64,000 bases of DNA from Candidatus Kerfeldbacteria bacterium (GCA_016214565.1 JACROE010000002.1:119654-183653); one strand, 5' to 3'. Shown: positions 1 to 9,821, numbered from the stretch's first letter. The notes: generated from the sequence alone by a model not told the origin. Translations and numbers: made by a program.

Positions 1-91
1 AACTAAGGTGTTCCACTCTTCCCGAGAAAGATCATATACTTTTGGCTTTCTTGCCATTTGGTCCATCGATGCTTCGCCGCGTTCCATATGA
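1..91 (-). CDS. partial ORF that runs off the window start (minus strand); N-terminal 30 aa MERGEASMDQMARKPKVYDLSREEWNTLV...
   Basis: Open frame from the palindromic catATG at 86-91 to position 1; no identifiable family. Confidence 0.2.
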
Positions 92-209
92 TTATATATT
101 AATAATTATCAATACAATAAGTATAGCGTAAAATTCAGAAAGTCAAAAGTAAAATCACCGCCATCCATATAGAATAGCGGTGATCAAGCGGCAACGATTG
201 ATATTGTGT

Positions 210-662
210 TTATCGAGGAATGGGGTCAGCAGAAAAGATGTGCGTGACCGGGCTGGTCTGAAACCAATAATTGGTCTTCCCCTGTGAGCCAGTGGCATGA
301 AAAAATGCTTGTTCGCCGACTCGTATTAACCCGGTGATAAGACTCTTGGGTCCGTCAACCACCTGAAGCACGCACTCGCCGGAAAAGGAGAAGTCAACCA
401 ACTGAATGATCAATTTTTCCTCACCGTTATGGGTCCAGCAGGCGGGCTCCCGAAGCACCATGGTGGCCAGCTGTAGCTCGCTCATGAACGGAACCGGCTC
501 GATATACCGATATGCCACGCAGCCAAGGGTGCTTGCCTGATGACGAGGGCTATCTCTGAATGTCTGGATCAGATACACGTGGGCACGCGTTGTCGTCCAG
601 ACGACATACCACTGATACGGATCATTGACCGGGTCAATCACCGTAATATTCGAATGTATCAT
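210..662 (-). CDS. hypothetical protein (150 aa)
   Basis: ORF with strong SD (ATAGGAGG, 5 nt before ATG); downstream hairpin plus T-run terminator at about 165-192. Confidence 0.55.
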   Translation of the reverse strand: MIHSNITVIDPVNDPYQWYVVWTTTRAHVYLIQTFRDSPRHQASTLGCVAYRYIEPVPFMSELQLATMVLREPACWTHNGEEKLIIQLVDFSFSGECVLQVVDGPKSLITGLIRVGEQAFFHATGSQGKTNYWFQTSPVTHIFSADPIPR

Positions 663-784
663 GACAATCCTCCTATGGAATATTGATGAAAGTTGCTGTT
701 TTTCTGTTTCGGAATAGCCTCAAAACCTACCACCATTTTCTCAGGCGGTCAAGGCTGTATGCGGCCGATACAAAAATTAAATAC

Positions 785-1885
785 CTACTCGCCCTGGGCT
801 AATTCTTCCAGCAGCTGCTTTTGTTTGCGCGACAATTTTGTCGGCGTCACGACCTGTACGGTCACCAACTGGTCACCACGACCCCGAGAACGCAGGTGCG
901 GCACGCCTTTGTCGCCTAAACGAAATACTTTACCTGACTGCGTGCCAGCAGGAATCTTCAAAATAACCTCGCCGTCTAAAGTTTCTACAGGAACCTTATC
1001 TCCCAGCGCCGCCTGACTGAAACTGATTTCGAGCGTGGAAAGAATATCGTCGTCCTTGCGCTCAAATACCGGATCCGGCTCTACCCGCATGGTGATATAG
1101 AGATCTCCGGGATGCGCTCCCCGACCACCCGCTTCGCCTTTGCCAGACACGCGGATTGATTCACCTTCCTGGATACCTGCTGGAATTTTCACCTTAATCT
1201 TTTCTGAAGCGCGCACCCGTCCATCGCCGCCGCACTGTTTGCACTGCTTACTCGCCTTCTTGCCCTCGCCCTGGCACGAGGAACAAACCGCCGCGGTGCG
1301 AAAAGCTCCCAGTATCGTTTGCTGTACTTGTTCGACTTGGCCACGGCCGCCACAGGTAGAGCAGGTTTCAATCTTTGCACCAGGCTCCGCGCCATTTCCC
1401 TGACAATGATCACACACGACCTGCTTGTATAATTCGACAACTTCTTCAGTGCCAAAAACCGCCTCACGGAATGTAAGTGTCAATGTCGTCTGAATATCTT
1501 GGCCGGCTGATCGGCGCGATCCCCGACCACCCCGACGGCCAAAACCGAAAATGTCCCCAAAGATATCTCCAAAATCGCCAAAGTCATATTCCACCCGCTG
1601 GCCGCCCTGAGCGCCACCTGCGGCTCGTGCAAAGTCTTCCCAGGAAAACCCTTGCCCGCGCGCACCGGCCGCCTGCTCGTACTGGCTGCCAAACTGGTCA
1701 TAGCGCTGCCGACGCTCTGGATCACTCAATACTTGATAGGCGCCATTAATCTCCTTAAACTTAGCTTCGTCACCGCCCTGCTTGTCCGGGTGATGCTGAT
1801 GCGCTAGTTTACGATAGGCTTTCTTTATCTCGTCTTGGGTGGCGCCTTTGGCAACGCCTAATATTTCGTATAAATCTTTTGACAT
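785..1885 (-). CDS. dnaJ: molecular chaperone DnaJ
   Basis: J-domain (DLYEILGV...HPDK), G/F-rich linker, four CxxCxGxG zinc-finger repeats, C-terminal substrate-binding domain. Confidence 0.95.
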   Translation of the reverse strand: MSKDLYEILGVAKGATQDEIKKAYRKLAHQHHPDKQGGDEAKFKEINGAYQVLSDPERRQRYDQFGSQYEQAAGARGQGFSWEDFARAAGGAQGGQRVEYDFGDFGDIFGDIFGFGRRGGRGSRRSAGQDIQTTLTLTFREAVFGTEEVVELYKQVVCDHCQGNGAEPGAKIETCSTCGGRGQVEQVQQTILGAFRTAAVCSSCQGEGKKASKQCKQCGGDGRVRASEKIKVKIPAGIQEGESIRVSGKGEAGGRGAHPGDLYITMRVEPDPVFERKDDDILSTLEISFSQAALGDKVPVETLDGEVILKIPAGTQSGKVFRLGDKGVPHLRSRGRGDQLVTVQVVTPTKLSRKQKQLLEELAQGE

Positions 1886-1944
1886 AGCGTGAATACTCCC
1901 TCTGAACCATGCAGTCTACGGGAAAAAGGACGTATGGTCAAGGC

Positions 1945-3003
1945 TTACAATGATACTTTTTCTACCTCGGTTTGCACCTTCGTCACCTTGAAAAAATGAA
2001 GCCACTTCAGGACATGGTAGAGTATAGCCGCAAATATTTTTATGAGCTCGCGGCAAAAGAGGGCAAACACGTTGAGCAAAAAGAACATGCTCAAGGCAAG
2101 CAAAGCGGGAATAAATTTCTCATACGGACCCACATACCGTGTAATATTTTTCGCCACCACTTTTCGCACTACTGAATCCATCCGTTCATCACCGGTCGCT
2201 TCGATCTCGAATGATTTGAGAAATTCATCGCGCGCTTTGGCAATCACTTCCTGTTCAGCGATGGCAATGCCGGCCTTGATCTGCCGATCGAGCTCCTCAA
2301 TATCTGGCGTCAATTCCTCGATCTCAGACAGTCCCTGCTTCTCGAGATCGCCGATGCGAATAATATTTGCAATAAAGGCGTCTAAACTCATGTCCGGATT
2401 ATACCCCTCTCCGTAGAATTGATTGAGACCCAGATTGACTGCCTCCATACTCGCATCGACCAGGCCATTGATCACATCTGATTCGGACTGCGCTCGATCA
2501 GTGATAAAGCCGAAGTACATAACTGACAGAGCCAAAAGGATTATAGAAACCGTGCTGCGCAAACCCGTGTCCAACGTCTGCCGCGGTTTAAACATGGTGC
2601 GGGTTTTCATGTCATTTGAAATACTGCGACGCCAGATGTACCACCCCGCCGCCATGATCGCCGCCGCCAGCAGACTCCAGATACTCACGCCGAAGAACAG
2701 CAAACCAGTCGCAGCGGCAACTACGCATACGAGCAAAAAATACCAACGCATGGTGACGAAAATTTCTGTGAGGGCAACTACAGAAAACATGAGGCAGAAA
2801 GCTAAAAGAGTCGAGGCGATCGTTACTAAATTACTCAGATGAAATGAAAATTCAACCGAGGTCAAGGCATTGTGCCACGCCAACCAAAACAATGCCGTGG
2901 CCGCAATCACCAAGCCAAACAGCACCATCAATTTCTGCATGGGCTGGGCTGGTTTAAAATCTTTAAGCTTAGGCAATTCTGCTTTCGGTTGTTCGACGCG
3001 CAT
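1945..3003 (-). CDS. hypothetical polytopic membrane protein (352 aa)
   Basis: Several predicted TM helices at both ends and a coiled-coil/acidic middle; no recognised family. Confidence 0.55.
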   Translation of the reverse strand: MRVEQPKAELPKLKDFKPAQPMQKLMVLFGLVIAATALFWLAWHNALTSVEFSFHLSNLVTIASTLLAFCLMFSVVALTEIFVTMRWYFLLVCVVAAATGLLFFGVSIWSLLAAAIMAAGWYIWRRSISNDMKTRTMFKPRQTLDTGLRSTVSIILLALSVMYFGFITDRAQSESDVINGLVDASMEAVNLGLNQFYGEGYNPDMSLDAFIANIIRIGDLEKQGLSEIEELTPDIEELDRQIKAGIAIAEQEVIAKARDEFLKSFEIEATGDERMDSVVRKVVAKNITRYVGPYEKFIPALLALSMFFLLNVFALFCRELIKIFAAILYHVLKWLHFFKVTKVQTEVEKVSL

Positions 3004-3022
3004 AGTAGATCTATTTCAGCGC

Positions 3023-3337
3023 TTAGACGGTCTTGAACCCGACTTCCCCACTACCTGGCGCTTGCGCTTCCTCGATGCTGCCAAACCGATCCTCATATTT
3101 CTTGATATTCTCCTCCAAGGCTTTGTAAATCCGCTTCATGTGTCCAGGACTGGTGATGACTCGCGCAGCCACGATACCGGCGCGCTGATGAGGATACAAA
3201 TTCATGAAGTCAAGCACAAATTCTTCCTTGGTGTGCGAGACACCCATAGCATTTGAATACGCGCCTTTAAGAGTCGTGTCATCAATTTTGATATTAATCT
3301 GCTGCTGGTTTGGTTGGGCTTGCGGTTGTCCATTCAT
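3023..3337 (-). CDS. DUF3467-family small protein
   Basis: About 100 aa; GAYSN...EEFVLDF...P....R...TSPGHMKRIYKALEENIKKYEDRFG pattern matches what I recall for DUF3467. Confidence 0.55.
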   Translation of the reverse strand: MNGQPQAQPNQQQINIKIDDTTLKGAYSNAMGVSHTKEEFVLDFMNLYPHQRAGIVAARVITSPGHMKRIYKALEENIKKYEDRFGSIEEAQAPGSGEVGFKTV

Positions 3338-3512
3338 ATTATTACTTCTTACTATTTACTTATTACTAGTTACTTATCACTACCTACTCAATACTACTAA
3401 CTAATCACTCTGTATATCATATCAGCTCTCGCCGAATTGACAAATCATCCGCTCCCAGGCTAGGGTACAATTAGAACAGAAACCGCTCACCATTAACAAT
3501 CGGAGGCGATAG

Positions 3513-3743
3513 ATGCGATCATTTCGCCGTTCCATCCAGCGCCTGGTTTTGCGCAATAAGCAGTGCATCCTGCACTGTGCCGGTGGCCGTATCGTGCGCA
3601 TTCCAGCTGGCAGCGTGGCAAAAGTCCGCGTCTGCTCCCAGGAGCAAAAGCCCTTTGTCAGATTTGACCAGGGAAAACGCGTGCCCTACATCCATGCGTC
3701 AGAACGCCACGTCCTCTCCTGTTGGGCAACTCATCACCAATGA
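3513..3743 (+). CDS. possible small basic protein (76 aa); coding status uncertain
   Basis: GGAGG 6 nt upstream of ATG; overlaps an alternative 90-aa frame; no homology recognised. Confidence 0.2.
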   Translation: MRSFRRSIQRLVLRNKQCILHCAGGRIVRIPAGSVAKVRVCSQEQKPFVRFDQGKRVPYIHASERHVLSCWATHHQ

Positions 3744-3845
3744 CCACGAGTTGTTGGTTCCTCCACCCCCAGGCGGTTACACTACCCTTTCCGCCTGGGT
3801 TTTCTTTACCCCTGAGGCTCGCTCATGGCCGTGCCTCAACCGGGC

Positions 3846-3874
3846 TTGACAAGGCACGCTCCCTGTGGTAGTAT
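3846..3874 (+). promoter_or_regulatory. σ70-type promoter (TTGACA-17-TAGTAT)
   Basis: Consensus -35 and near-consensus -10 about 40 bp upstream of the 3913 start. Confidence 0.5.
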
Positions 3875-3912
3875 GGTTCGTTCACCACAAAACCAAGAAA
3901 GGAGGTTTCGTT

Positions 3913-4161
3913 ATGAAACCAGTGGTGTGGCTCTTTTTCCTCATCTTGTGCATCATTCCGTTTGCCTTCTTTGGTTGGACTGTCACCGGTCCGTACCAGG
4001 GAATGCTGGCAAACCTCCTGCACCATGGAGCTTTGACCGCTAATTCGCTCTCCCACCTCGGCAACGAGGATGGCCGGCATGCAGCGGTACTGCTCTTCGC
4101 CATTTGGTTCGGTTCTGTCTGCATCATGCAGATCGGCATCGCGCTTAAAAAGGCGCATTAA
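3913..4161 (+). CDS. small membrane protein (82 aa, 2-3 TM helices)
   Basis: AAAGGAGG SD plus ATG at 3913 (the ORF-track start 3865 is upstream of the SD); hydrophobic helices. Confidence 0.55.
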   Translation: MKPVVWLFFLILCIIPFAFFGWTVTGPYQGMLANLLHHGALTANSLSHLGNEDGRHAAVLLFAIWFGSVCIMQIGIALKKAH

Positions 4162-4189
4162 TCATAGGATGATTGCACATCTCTCGTAC

Positions 4190-4219
4190 GGGCTTTCATA
4201 GGATTGAAAGCCCTTTTTT
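4190..4219 (+). terminator. rho-independent terminator
   Basis: GGGCTTTCA-taggat-TGAAAGCCC followed by TTTTTTCTTT. Confidence 0.6.
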
Positions 4220-4486
4220 CTTTACTTTTTTCCCGGGAGTGCTACGCTAATTGTGTCACGCGAATTCCATGAGGGGGAGATCGTGTTGACATTTCACTCA
4301 CTGTGACTTGGGCTGCAGCATTTAACCACATTAGTGGACATTATAGAGAGGACATCACAATCGCTGCAGCCCTCTTTTTTTATTGACAAAATACCCTCGT
4401 TTGCCTAGGATAACGTACTTACCGTTACTATAGAAAATACAAAAAGAACCTACTAATAATAACCTGCGAAATGGTTTGGAGGAATC

Positions 4487-5002
4487 ATGACTACGCTCAA
4501 CAGATCCGCGCATTGGTACGGATTGGATCGATTGTGGATCGACCACGATCGCGACGTACTGATAGTTCAGTCACCTGATGGTCTCGGACAGATGACCGTG
4601 TACATCAACAAGACAGATATCTTGGACGGTACCGCTCGACTCGAAACAGTCAAAGATGGTGATCACCCGCATTTCTTCCACGGTAATACGAATGACGTCC
4701 GTTGTGCGACCATCGTCACAACCGCACAGCGGATTGCTGAAATCGATGAATGGGTCGGCTATGGCGCCGCCTTCCCCTATGAAGAGGTGTGCTACCGCCA
4801 CGGCCGGTATCGCATCAAGATGCCAACATCGAAGATGCCCGATATTCATTTTGAGCCGATTCAGGTCGGCGTCCGCATTCATCTCATTGCCTCAGATGCG
4901 ACGACGGTCACGGTCAACAAAAATGGCACTATCGAACTACGGGGATCGGACGAGCTCCTCCGCAAAATCCGCGAAGGCATGCTGCCCGAAACAACGAGCT
5001 AG
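4487..5002 (+). CDS. hypothetical protein (171 aa, soluble)
   Basis: TTGACA-17-TAGGAT promoter at 4383-4411, SD TGGAGGAA, and hairpin plus T-run at about 5083-5120. Confidence 0.55.
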   Translation: MTTLNRSAHWYGLDRLWIDHDRDVLIVQSPDGLGQMTVYINKTDILDGTARLETVKDGDHPHFFHGNTNDVRCATIVTTAQRIAEIDEWVGYGAAFPYEEVCYRHGRYRIKMPTSKMPDIHFEPIQVGVRIHLIASDATTVTVNKNGTIELRGSDELLRKIREGMLPETTS

Positions 5003-5192
5003 CCAGCCTGCGCTTGGCACCCGCCGCCGATCATTGGCGAACGTCCGTCTCCGCTTGAGACGACACTCGCCTGATTGCACCAAAACCCCGTACACTGACA
5101 TTCGTCGTGTGCGGGGTGATTTATTATTGACAATGACATCAGCAACACGCTACACTGAGATCAGTAAATGTATTAAACATGTTTGGAGGAAC

Positions 5193-5357
5193 ATGGAACA
5201 CGGTCCCCCGTCCTTTTGGCACATTGTTGTCACGATTATCGGAATATTCGCTTGTCTGATACTGCCCTTCTTCAAGATACGCTTGATCCGATGGGCATAT
5301 CTCCATGCCGAACAAACACGGCGAGCCAAACGCGCTCGTCACAAAGCAGTCGGATAG
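5193..5357 (+). CDS. small single-TM protein (54 aa)
   Basis: TTGACA-18-TACACT promoter at 5127-5156, SD GGAGGAA 5 nt before ATG, and a terminator hairpin plus TTTTTT at 5380-5421; it is the 3' part of the long ORF-track frame 4656..5357. Confidence 0.4.
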   Translation: MEHGPPSFWHIVVTIIGIFACLILPFFKIRLIRWAYLHAEQTRRAKRARHKAVG

Positions 5358-5514
5358 CCGCCCCAGGCTATTCCCCAGAAAGCCCGCGCACTTCTCCAAT
5401 TCTTGCGCGGGCTGATTTTTTCTGTCCACGGACTACTTGACGAATCCCGTACCCGACACTAGGATGGGGACAGACAAAAAAACAGTTCTTTTCACATACA
5501 GACTGGAGTGTATT

Positions 5515-6033
5515 ATGATAACGACGTATTTCTTCGATGATGACGAGCCCGTGACCTTTGGTGTCATACTGGGCTTACTGCTCCTGACCGGTATACTGGG
5601 AATTATTGCCATCGTGGTAATCCCCTGTGCCATACTCTGGAGCTGGGTGACTCACCAACCCGAAACTCATTTCAAGCGCAATGCCCCCTACACCGGCGTA
5701 CTCATTTATGGATTGGGGTTATTTCTCTTATTATTCCCCAACCCTCCCATTGCCCTGAATTGGATACGATTGACACTCTTTGGTACTGGCGTCGCTCTCA
5801 CCCTATCCACCGTCTATGCCTGCCGGAACATTAAACTTCGAGTTGCTACGCTGGTGATTATAGTTGGGCTAGAGATTGAAATTGGTCTCAATTTCCTTCA
5901 TCAGTATCATCTCATCGCTGACGAAACAGCCTATCTCCTCGGTGCGCTAACCTACTTCTACCTGATCTACGCCCCCTGGGCACTTATGTTTTTCGGCAAC
6001 CAGTCGAAACAAGAACTGATTACGATACCGTAA
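5515..6033 (+). CDS. hypothetical polytopic membrane protein
   Basis: Very hydrophobic, with more than 5 TM helices; start chosen at the internal ATG after GGAG (the ORF-track start 5437 is also possible); terminator hairpin at 6059-6095. Confidence 0.5.
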   Translation: MITTYFFDDDEPVTFGVILGLLLLTGILGIIAIVVIPCAILWSWVTHQPETHFKRNAPYTGVLIYGLGLFLLLFPNPPIALNWIRLTLFGTGVALTLSTVYACRNIKLRVATLVIIVGLEIEIGLNFLHQYHLIADETAYLLGALTYFYLIYAPWALMFFGNQSKQELITIP

Positions 6034-6106
6034 TCTACCATTTCGTTCACGTCTAACCATCGGCCATTGCACTATTGTAATGGCCGATTATTTATGAATA
6101 ATAAAA

Positions 6107-6134
6107 CCCCATGTCTTGCAGTCGAGACATGGGG
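6107..6134 (-). terminator. rho-independent terminator for the 6162..6686 gene
   Basis: Perfect 10-bp stem CCCCATGTCT/AGACATGGGG followed by TTTTATTATT on the minus strand. Confidence 0.6.
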
Positions 6135-6161
6135 TCGCGCATGATTGGTAGTCATGCGCAA

Positions 6162-6686
6162 TTACAGGAGCAACGAGAGAAAGCAGAAAGCGCCAAGCGG
6201 AAAGTCATTAGCCGCATCAATAGCAGCAGCTGCTATCATCGCGAAATCGGGATTGTCGATAAGCATGACGCCAGTTACGGTGACCGATTGCCCGATCATA
6301 TAGTACAGCCTGCCGGTATCAGTATCCTGACACGTGACAGAGCCATACACGCTGATCACGGAACCAATCTTCACCTTGGCATACTGTTCGTTATCGACGA
6401 CTACAGCGATGACATCCTCTTCAGAAAGCTTGCCCGCTTCAAGTTCCGGCAGCGGCAGGTGCGCAACCACCAGCACGGATCGATTATCCCGCTGGTACAC
6501 ATAGACAACCACCCCATCTGAAAAATTCCTTGTGGAATAATACAGAGATGTCGGACGATCGTCCATGATCTGGCCGAACGTCACGGGCTTTATCGGAGCA
6601 CCGAAGTCATTGCTCAGGCCAACGAAATACAGAATAGTTAGCGCCGCCCACACCCCAATACCCAGGATCAAACATAATCGTTTCAT
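6162..6686 (-). CDS. hypothetical secreted protein with signal peptide or N-terminal anchor
   Basis: Start MKRLCLILGIGVWAALTILYFVG preceded by AAAGAGG; the longer ORF-track start at 6746 is less likely. Confidence 0.5.
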   Translation of the reverse strand: MKRLCLILGIGVWAALTILYFVGLSNDFGAPIKPVTFGQIMDDRPTSLYYSTRNFSDGVVVYVYQRDNRSVLVVAHLPLPELEAGKLSEEDVIAVVVDNEQYAKVKIGSVISVYGSVTCQDTDTGRLYYMIGQSVTVTGVMLIDNPDFAMIAAAAIDAANDFPLGAFCFLSLLL

Positions 6687-6878
6687 ACACAACCTCTTTC
6701 GTTTAACATGTATCAGAATTCGGAATATTCTATTTCTATAGCTCAATTGTAATGTGCGAAAAGAAACAATCCATTATACTCCAAATGGCCGATTTGTCAA
6801 GGCCTCAAGCGTGCATAAAGAAAGCCCGCGTCCTGATACAGGAAGCGCGGGCCGATACAATGTCGTCAGGGTGACGAG

Positions 6879-7382
6879 CTAATTACGATGAAGAAAGTGC
6901 TCTGCTAAGGCTCGAGGATCCGCAAAACGCGGCTCGATATCCTTTCCGGCAAACATGGCACGGAATTTACGACGGACAATACGGTCGGTGACCCCTGCTT
7001 CAGCGGCATAATTGGTAAAGCAGATATCGGTCGACCAGTACGAATCCAGGTACATCACGGGAACGATCATGCGCATACGTTCGCGTGTTGGATGAATGGT
7101 GGTACCCAAATGATGAATCGGGGTAAGAATAAACCCCTCACTCATTTGCTTCAGAGCTCTAGCTAACGTGGCGGGTGATTCCATCTGTGTGGCGACATGA
7201 ATCACCACGTCCAGCTTGTGGCTCATGGGGTAGAGCGCCGCCTTGCCTATGATAGCTGAAAATTCAGCGGTTGCGGGCACGGCGGCCAATTCGGCAAAAA
7301 AGATAGTCAAGTCAGGCGATGCAGCAGTAAAGCTCTGCCGGTATAGGTCAATAGCCTCCTGCATATAATAGTGAAAGTACAT
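6879..7382 (-). CDS. hypothetical protein (167 aa)
   Basis: ORF with a near-perfect 12-bp hairpin terminator downstream at about 6822-6853. Confidence 0.5.
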   Translation of the reverse strand: MYFHYYMQEAIDLYRQSFTAASPDLTIFFAELAAVPATAEFSAIIGKAALYPMSHKLDVVIHVATQMESPATLARALKQMSEGFILTPIHHLGTTIHPTRERMRMIVPVMYLDSYWSTDICFTNYAAEAGVTDRIVRRKFRAMFAGKDIEPRFADPRALAEHFLHRN

Positions 7383-7505
7383 GGGATCCTATCCTCTCTG
7401 TATGTGTGTTTGTGTTTTTATGAGTTGGTCTACCTTAGCAAAAAGGTGTGCCCAAGTCAATCAGCCACCGCTACACTTGACAAGAGAGGTGCAGTGGTGT
7501 ATTCT

Positions 7506-7976
7506 ATGATGTTTAATCAGTTCTTTCATATACAATTTCCGTTCAGCAGTGAAATGCTCAGTAGCTCCGTTACTGGCCGCTTCTCTGCTGAGACGGCAGA
7601 CATTTCTGGAATGACCCAGAAACGTATCCTCAAGACAGGAGATGTCATGGAAAAGATTAATGTAACGCATAGCTTGATGGCGAGCGTCGAATTGACACGC
7701 GCTGCACTGGTGGAGCTCAAGGCTCCGATCACCTTCACACGGATGGACATAATATCCGCCCGGTATAATGATGGTGATACTAATCGATCAGTGTCACTCT
7801 GCATCCATCTCGCGTCTGGAAAAAAAGTCCGGGCGCACTGCATTGTCAACGACAATGATCAACGCTGGGACAACGGAACCTGCGAACTAACCATCAGCAA
7901 TGGCGGTTCGCACACACCAACAGCACGATTCAGTGGTCGAATATTTCATAACGTCTGGGTAGTCGTGGCGCAGTAA
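7506..7976 (+). CDS. hypothetical protein; possibly leaderless
   Basis: TTGACA(7473)-17-TATTCT lies immediately before ATGATG at 7506-7511; the ORF-track start 7371 would include the promoter; terminator at 8003-8042. Confidence 0.4.
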   Translation: MMFNQFFHIQFPFSSEMLSSSVTGRFSAETADISGMTQKRILKTGDVMEKINVTHSLMASVELTRAALVELKAPITFTRMDIISARYNDGDTNRSVSLCIHLASGKKVRAHCIVNDNDQRWDNGTCELTISNGGSHTPTARFSGRIFHNVWVVVAQ

Positions 7977-8002
7977 TTCTGCGACCACGCCCCACCACTG
8001 AT

Positions 8003-8042
8003 AACGCCGGACAGTAGTATCTACTCAATCCGGCGTTTTTTA
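8003..8042 (+). terminator. rho-independent terminator
   Basis: CGCCGGA...TCCGGCG stem followed by TTTTTT. Confidence 0.55.
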
Positions 8043-8191
8043 TTACTCAATTGAATGTACCGAGGCTTGACGAATATCGATTTTTTGTGATACTATCGGT
8101 AATTCCGGCAAACAATAGCTGTCGGAAATTTCACATAAGACCGTTCCTTCGACAACCCATCAACCCCAATAACCACACGGAGGTATTTTTC

Positions 8192-9187
8192 GTGAAACGA
8201 TTTATCATGGCAGTAATCCTGCTTATCATTCCGATTGTGCCGTCACTGAGCACCGCCGGAACCGATGATTCCCTCAAAATCACGTTTGGTCGTGATGAAG
8301 GCCGTGACGCCTTTGAACGCATCATTCGTGAACAGGGATCGTCAATCGCTGCACTTGTCGAGCGCCAACTGGCTGATTCGCTCAGCTGGATCACCGTCAT
8401 CAGCAATTCAGACGGCGTCCGCTATCAGGCGAATCACCGCAAACGCAACACCCTCATGACCGAGGAGCGATCCGTCACCGGCGCGACGCTGCTGGACTAC
8501 TACTGCGCCGACCTGACACGCATTAATGTCGTTCCCCTCAATCATGAAGCCGATACCGGCAATGCAGATCGTTACATCATCTTTATCTTTTCCCGATCCC
8601 ACCCTCGGACCTCTCCGCGTGCCGGCCTGATCGCGCTCAACGGCGCTCGCCTGGAGCCTCCTCGCTTCGATGCGACCTGCCACCCGCCGGCAAAACCGCC
8701 GATGGATCTATCGGACACCTGCTGTCAGGGCACCCAGCTCTGGCTCGGCATCGGCGCATCCTACACGCCACACGAACGCTTAGTTCCCCATGCCCAAGTC
8801 CTCTGGGGCACTGAGGCGGTCCGTATCATCGGTGAAGTTGGTTATTCATTCTATAAGAATGAACGCGTCTTCGCAGATGAGGAATTGGATGTCACCTACC
8901 GGTATGTCTTCGTCGGAATTGCCTGGCGCGCCATCCGCTACAGCCAATTCGACCTGCTCGCTGCCTGGCAGCGCAGCGAAGTCTATTCGACGCATTACGG
9001 ACACTATGCCCGTAAGCTCGAGGGACCCGCAGTCGGCATACGACTGCTGCTCAATGAGCATCTGACGCTGACCGGTCTCTGGACCCCCAGCGAAGAGCAG
9101 CTCCGCGGACGCGACCAAGTCAAGTGGGACAACAACCGATTTTACGTCGGCCTTAACTTCTTCACCGTCATCGCTGGAGGTAAGTGA
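8192..9187 (+). CDS. hypothetical secreted protein (signal peptide; C-terminal half rich in β-strand-like alternating residues)
   Basis: TTGACG-18-TACTAT promoter at 8069-8098; GGAGG 8 nt before GTG 8192; N-terminal hydrophobic signal VKRFIMAVILLIIPIVPSLSTA. Confidence 0.5.
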   Translation: MKRFIMAVILLIIPIVPSLSTAGTDDSLKITFGRDEGRDAFERIIREQGSSIAALVERQLADSLSWITVISNSDGVRYQANHRKRNTLMTEERSVTGATLLDYYCADLTRINVVPLNHEADTGNADRYIIFIFSRSHPRTSPRAGLIALNGARLEPPRFDATCHPPAKPPMDLSDTCCQGTQLWLGIGASYTPHERLVPHAQVLWGTEAVRIIGEVGYSFYKNERVFADEELDVTYRYVFVGIAWRAIRYSQFDLLAAWQRSEVYSTHYGHYARKLEGPAVGIRLLLNEHLTLTGLWTPSEEQLRGRDQVKWDNNRFYVGLNFFTVIAGGK

Positions 9188-9720
9188 TGCATAGAATCAT
9201 GTTTCTTGCCATCATCGGCCTGCTAGCGATACTGGCCAGTTGCGCCGAGAAACTCCCGGCGCCCACGTCGCCTGTCGTAGCCGATACTATCACGGTACAT
9301 GATACGATTCATGACACAACCGCGATACACGATACGACGGAAGTACACGACACCACCACGGTACATGACACTATTTATGACACCACGGTGATTATCGACA
9401 CGATACTGGTTGACTCCTGTACCCTGAAGCCCTCCTGCGGCACACTCGACTGCAAAACCAAGCAGATCAAGTGGTTTATTCCGCTCCAGCCGGGGCAGTA
9501 CACCTTTGACTTTTTCGGCACCACCGAGAAAGACAAGCCCGAGCAGCAGCTCACCGTGCAGATCGGCGCACTGACCTACGATTGGCCGATTGGCACGCAG
9601 AAAGAGCTCTCGCTCGATTACACGACGTCCTCAAGTGGTATCTGGGTGGTGATTACCTCTGATCCGCCGCCCGCTCGCGGGCACGAAATCCAGATCTGTC
9701 TCCAGATCCGGAAAGAATGA
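9184..9720 (+). CDS. lipoprotein with tandem [VI]HDT[TI] repeats
   Basis: Start overlaps the previous stop (ATGA); lipobox LASC; seven or more tandem 5-6-aa HDTT/HDTI units (15-18-nt DNA repeats at 9286-9415). Confidence 0.6.
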   Translation: MMHRIMFLAIIGLLAILASCAEKLPAPTSPVVADTITVHDTIHDTTAIHDTTEVHDTTTVHDTIYDTTVIIDTILVDSCTLKPSCGTLDCKTKQIKWFIPLQPGQYTFDFFGTTEKDKPEQQLTVQIGALTYDWPIGTQKELSLDYTTSSSGIWVVITSDPPPARGHEIQICLQIRKE

Positions 9721-9792
9721 CCAACATCGCTATTTGACTTCAACAAACCTATAACCTACAGGGAAAGCGCCGCCGCTTTCCCTGTTTTTTTA

Positions 9793-9821
9793 TTGACAAA
9801 AAACCGCCGCTCCCATACAAT
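9793..9821 (+). promoter_or_regulatory. consensus σ70 promoter TTGACA-17-TACAAT with an upstream T-tract
   Basis: Exact -35, 17-bp spacer, near-consensus -10; 60 bp upstream of ATG 9886. Confidence 0.6.

Noticed and set aside
3420-3860. Possible structured ncRNA (RNase P RNA, SRP RNA, tmRNA or 6S) in the gene-poor stretch upstream of the small membrane gene
   Set aside because: I looked for the conserved RNase P P4 sequence (AGGAAAGTCCGG), the SRP domain IV motif and the tmRNA tRNA-like 3' end and found none. Only a weak promoter and a possible 76-aa ORF remain, kept at low confidence.
4656-5357. 233-aa plus-strand ORF rich in Arg and Ser
   Set aside because: Its first two thirds overlap the better-supported 4487..5002 gene in another frame and read like an out-of-frame artefact. 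Only the 3' 54 codons, which have their own promoter, Shine-Dalgarno and terminator, were kept (5193..5357).
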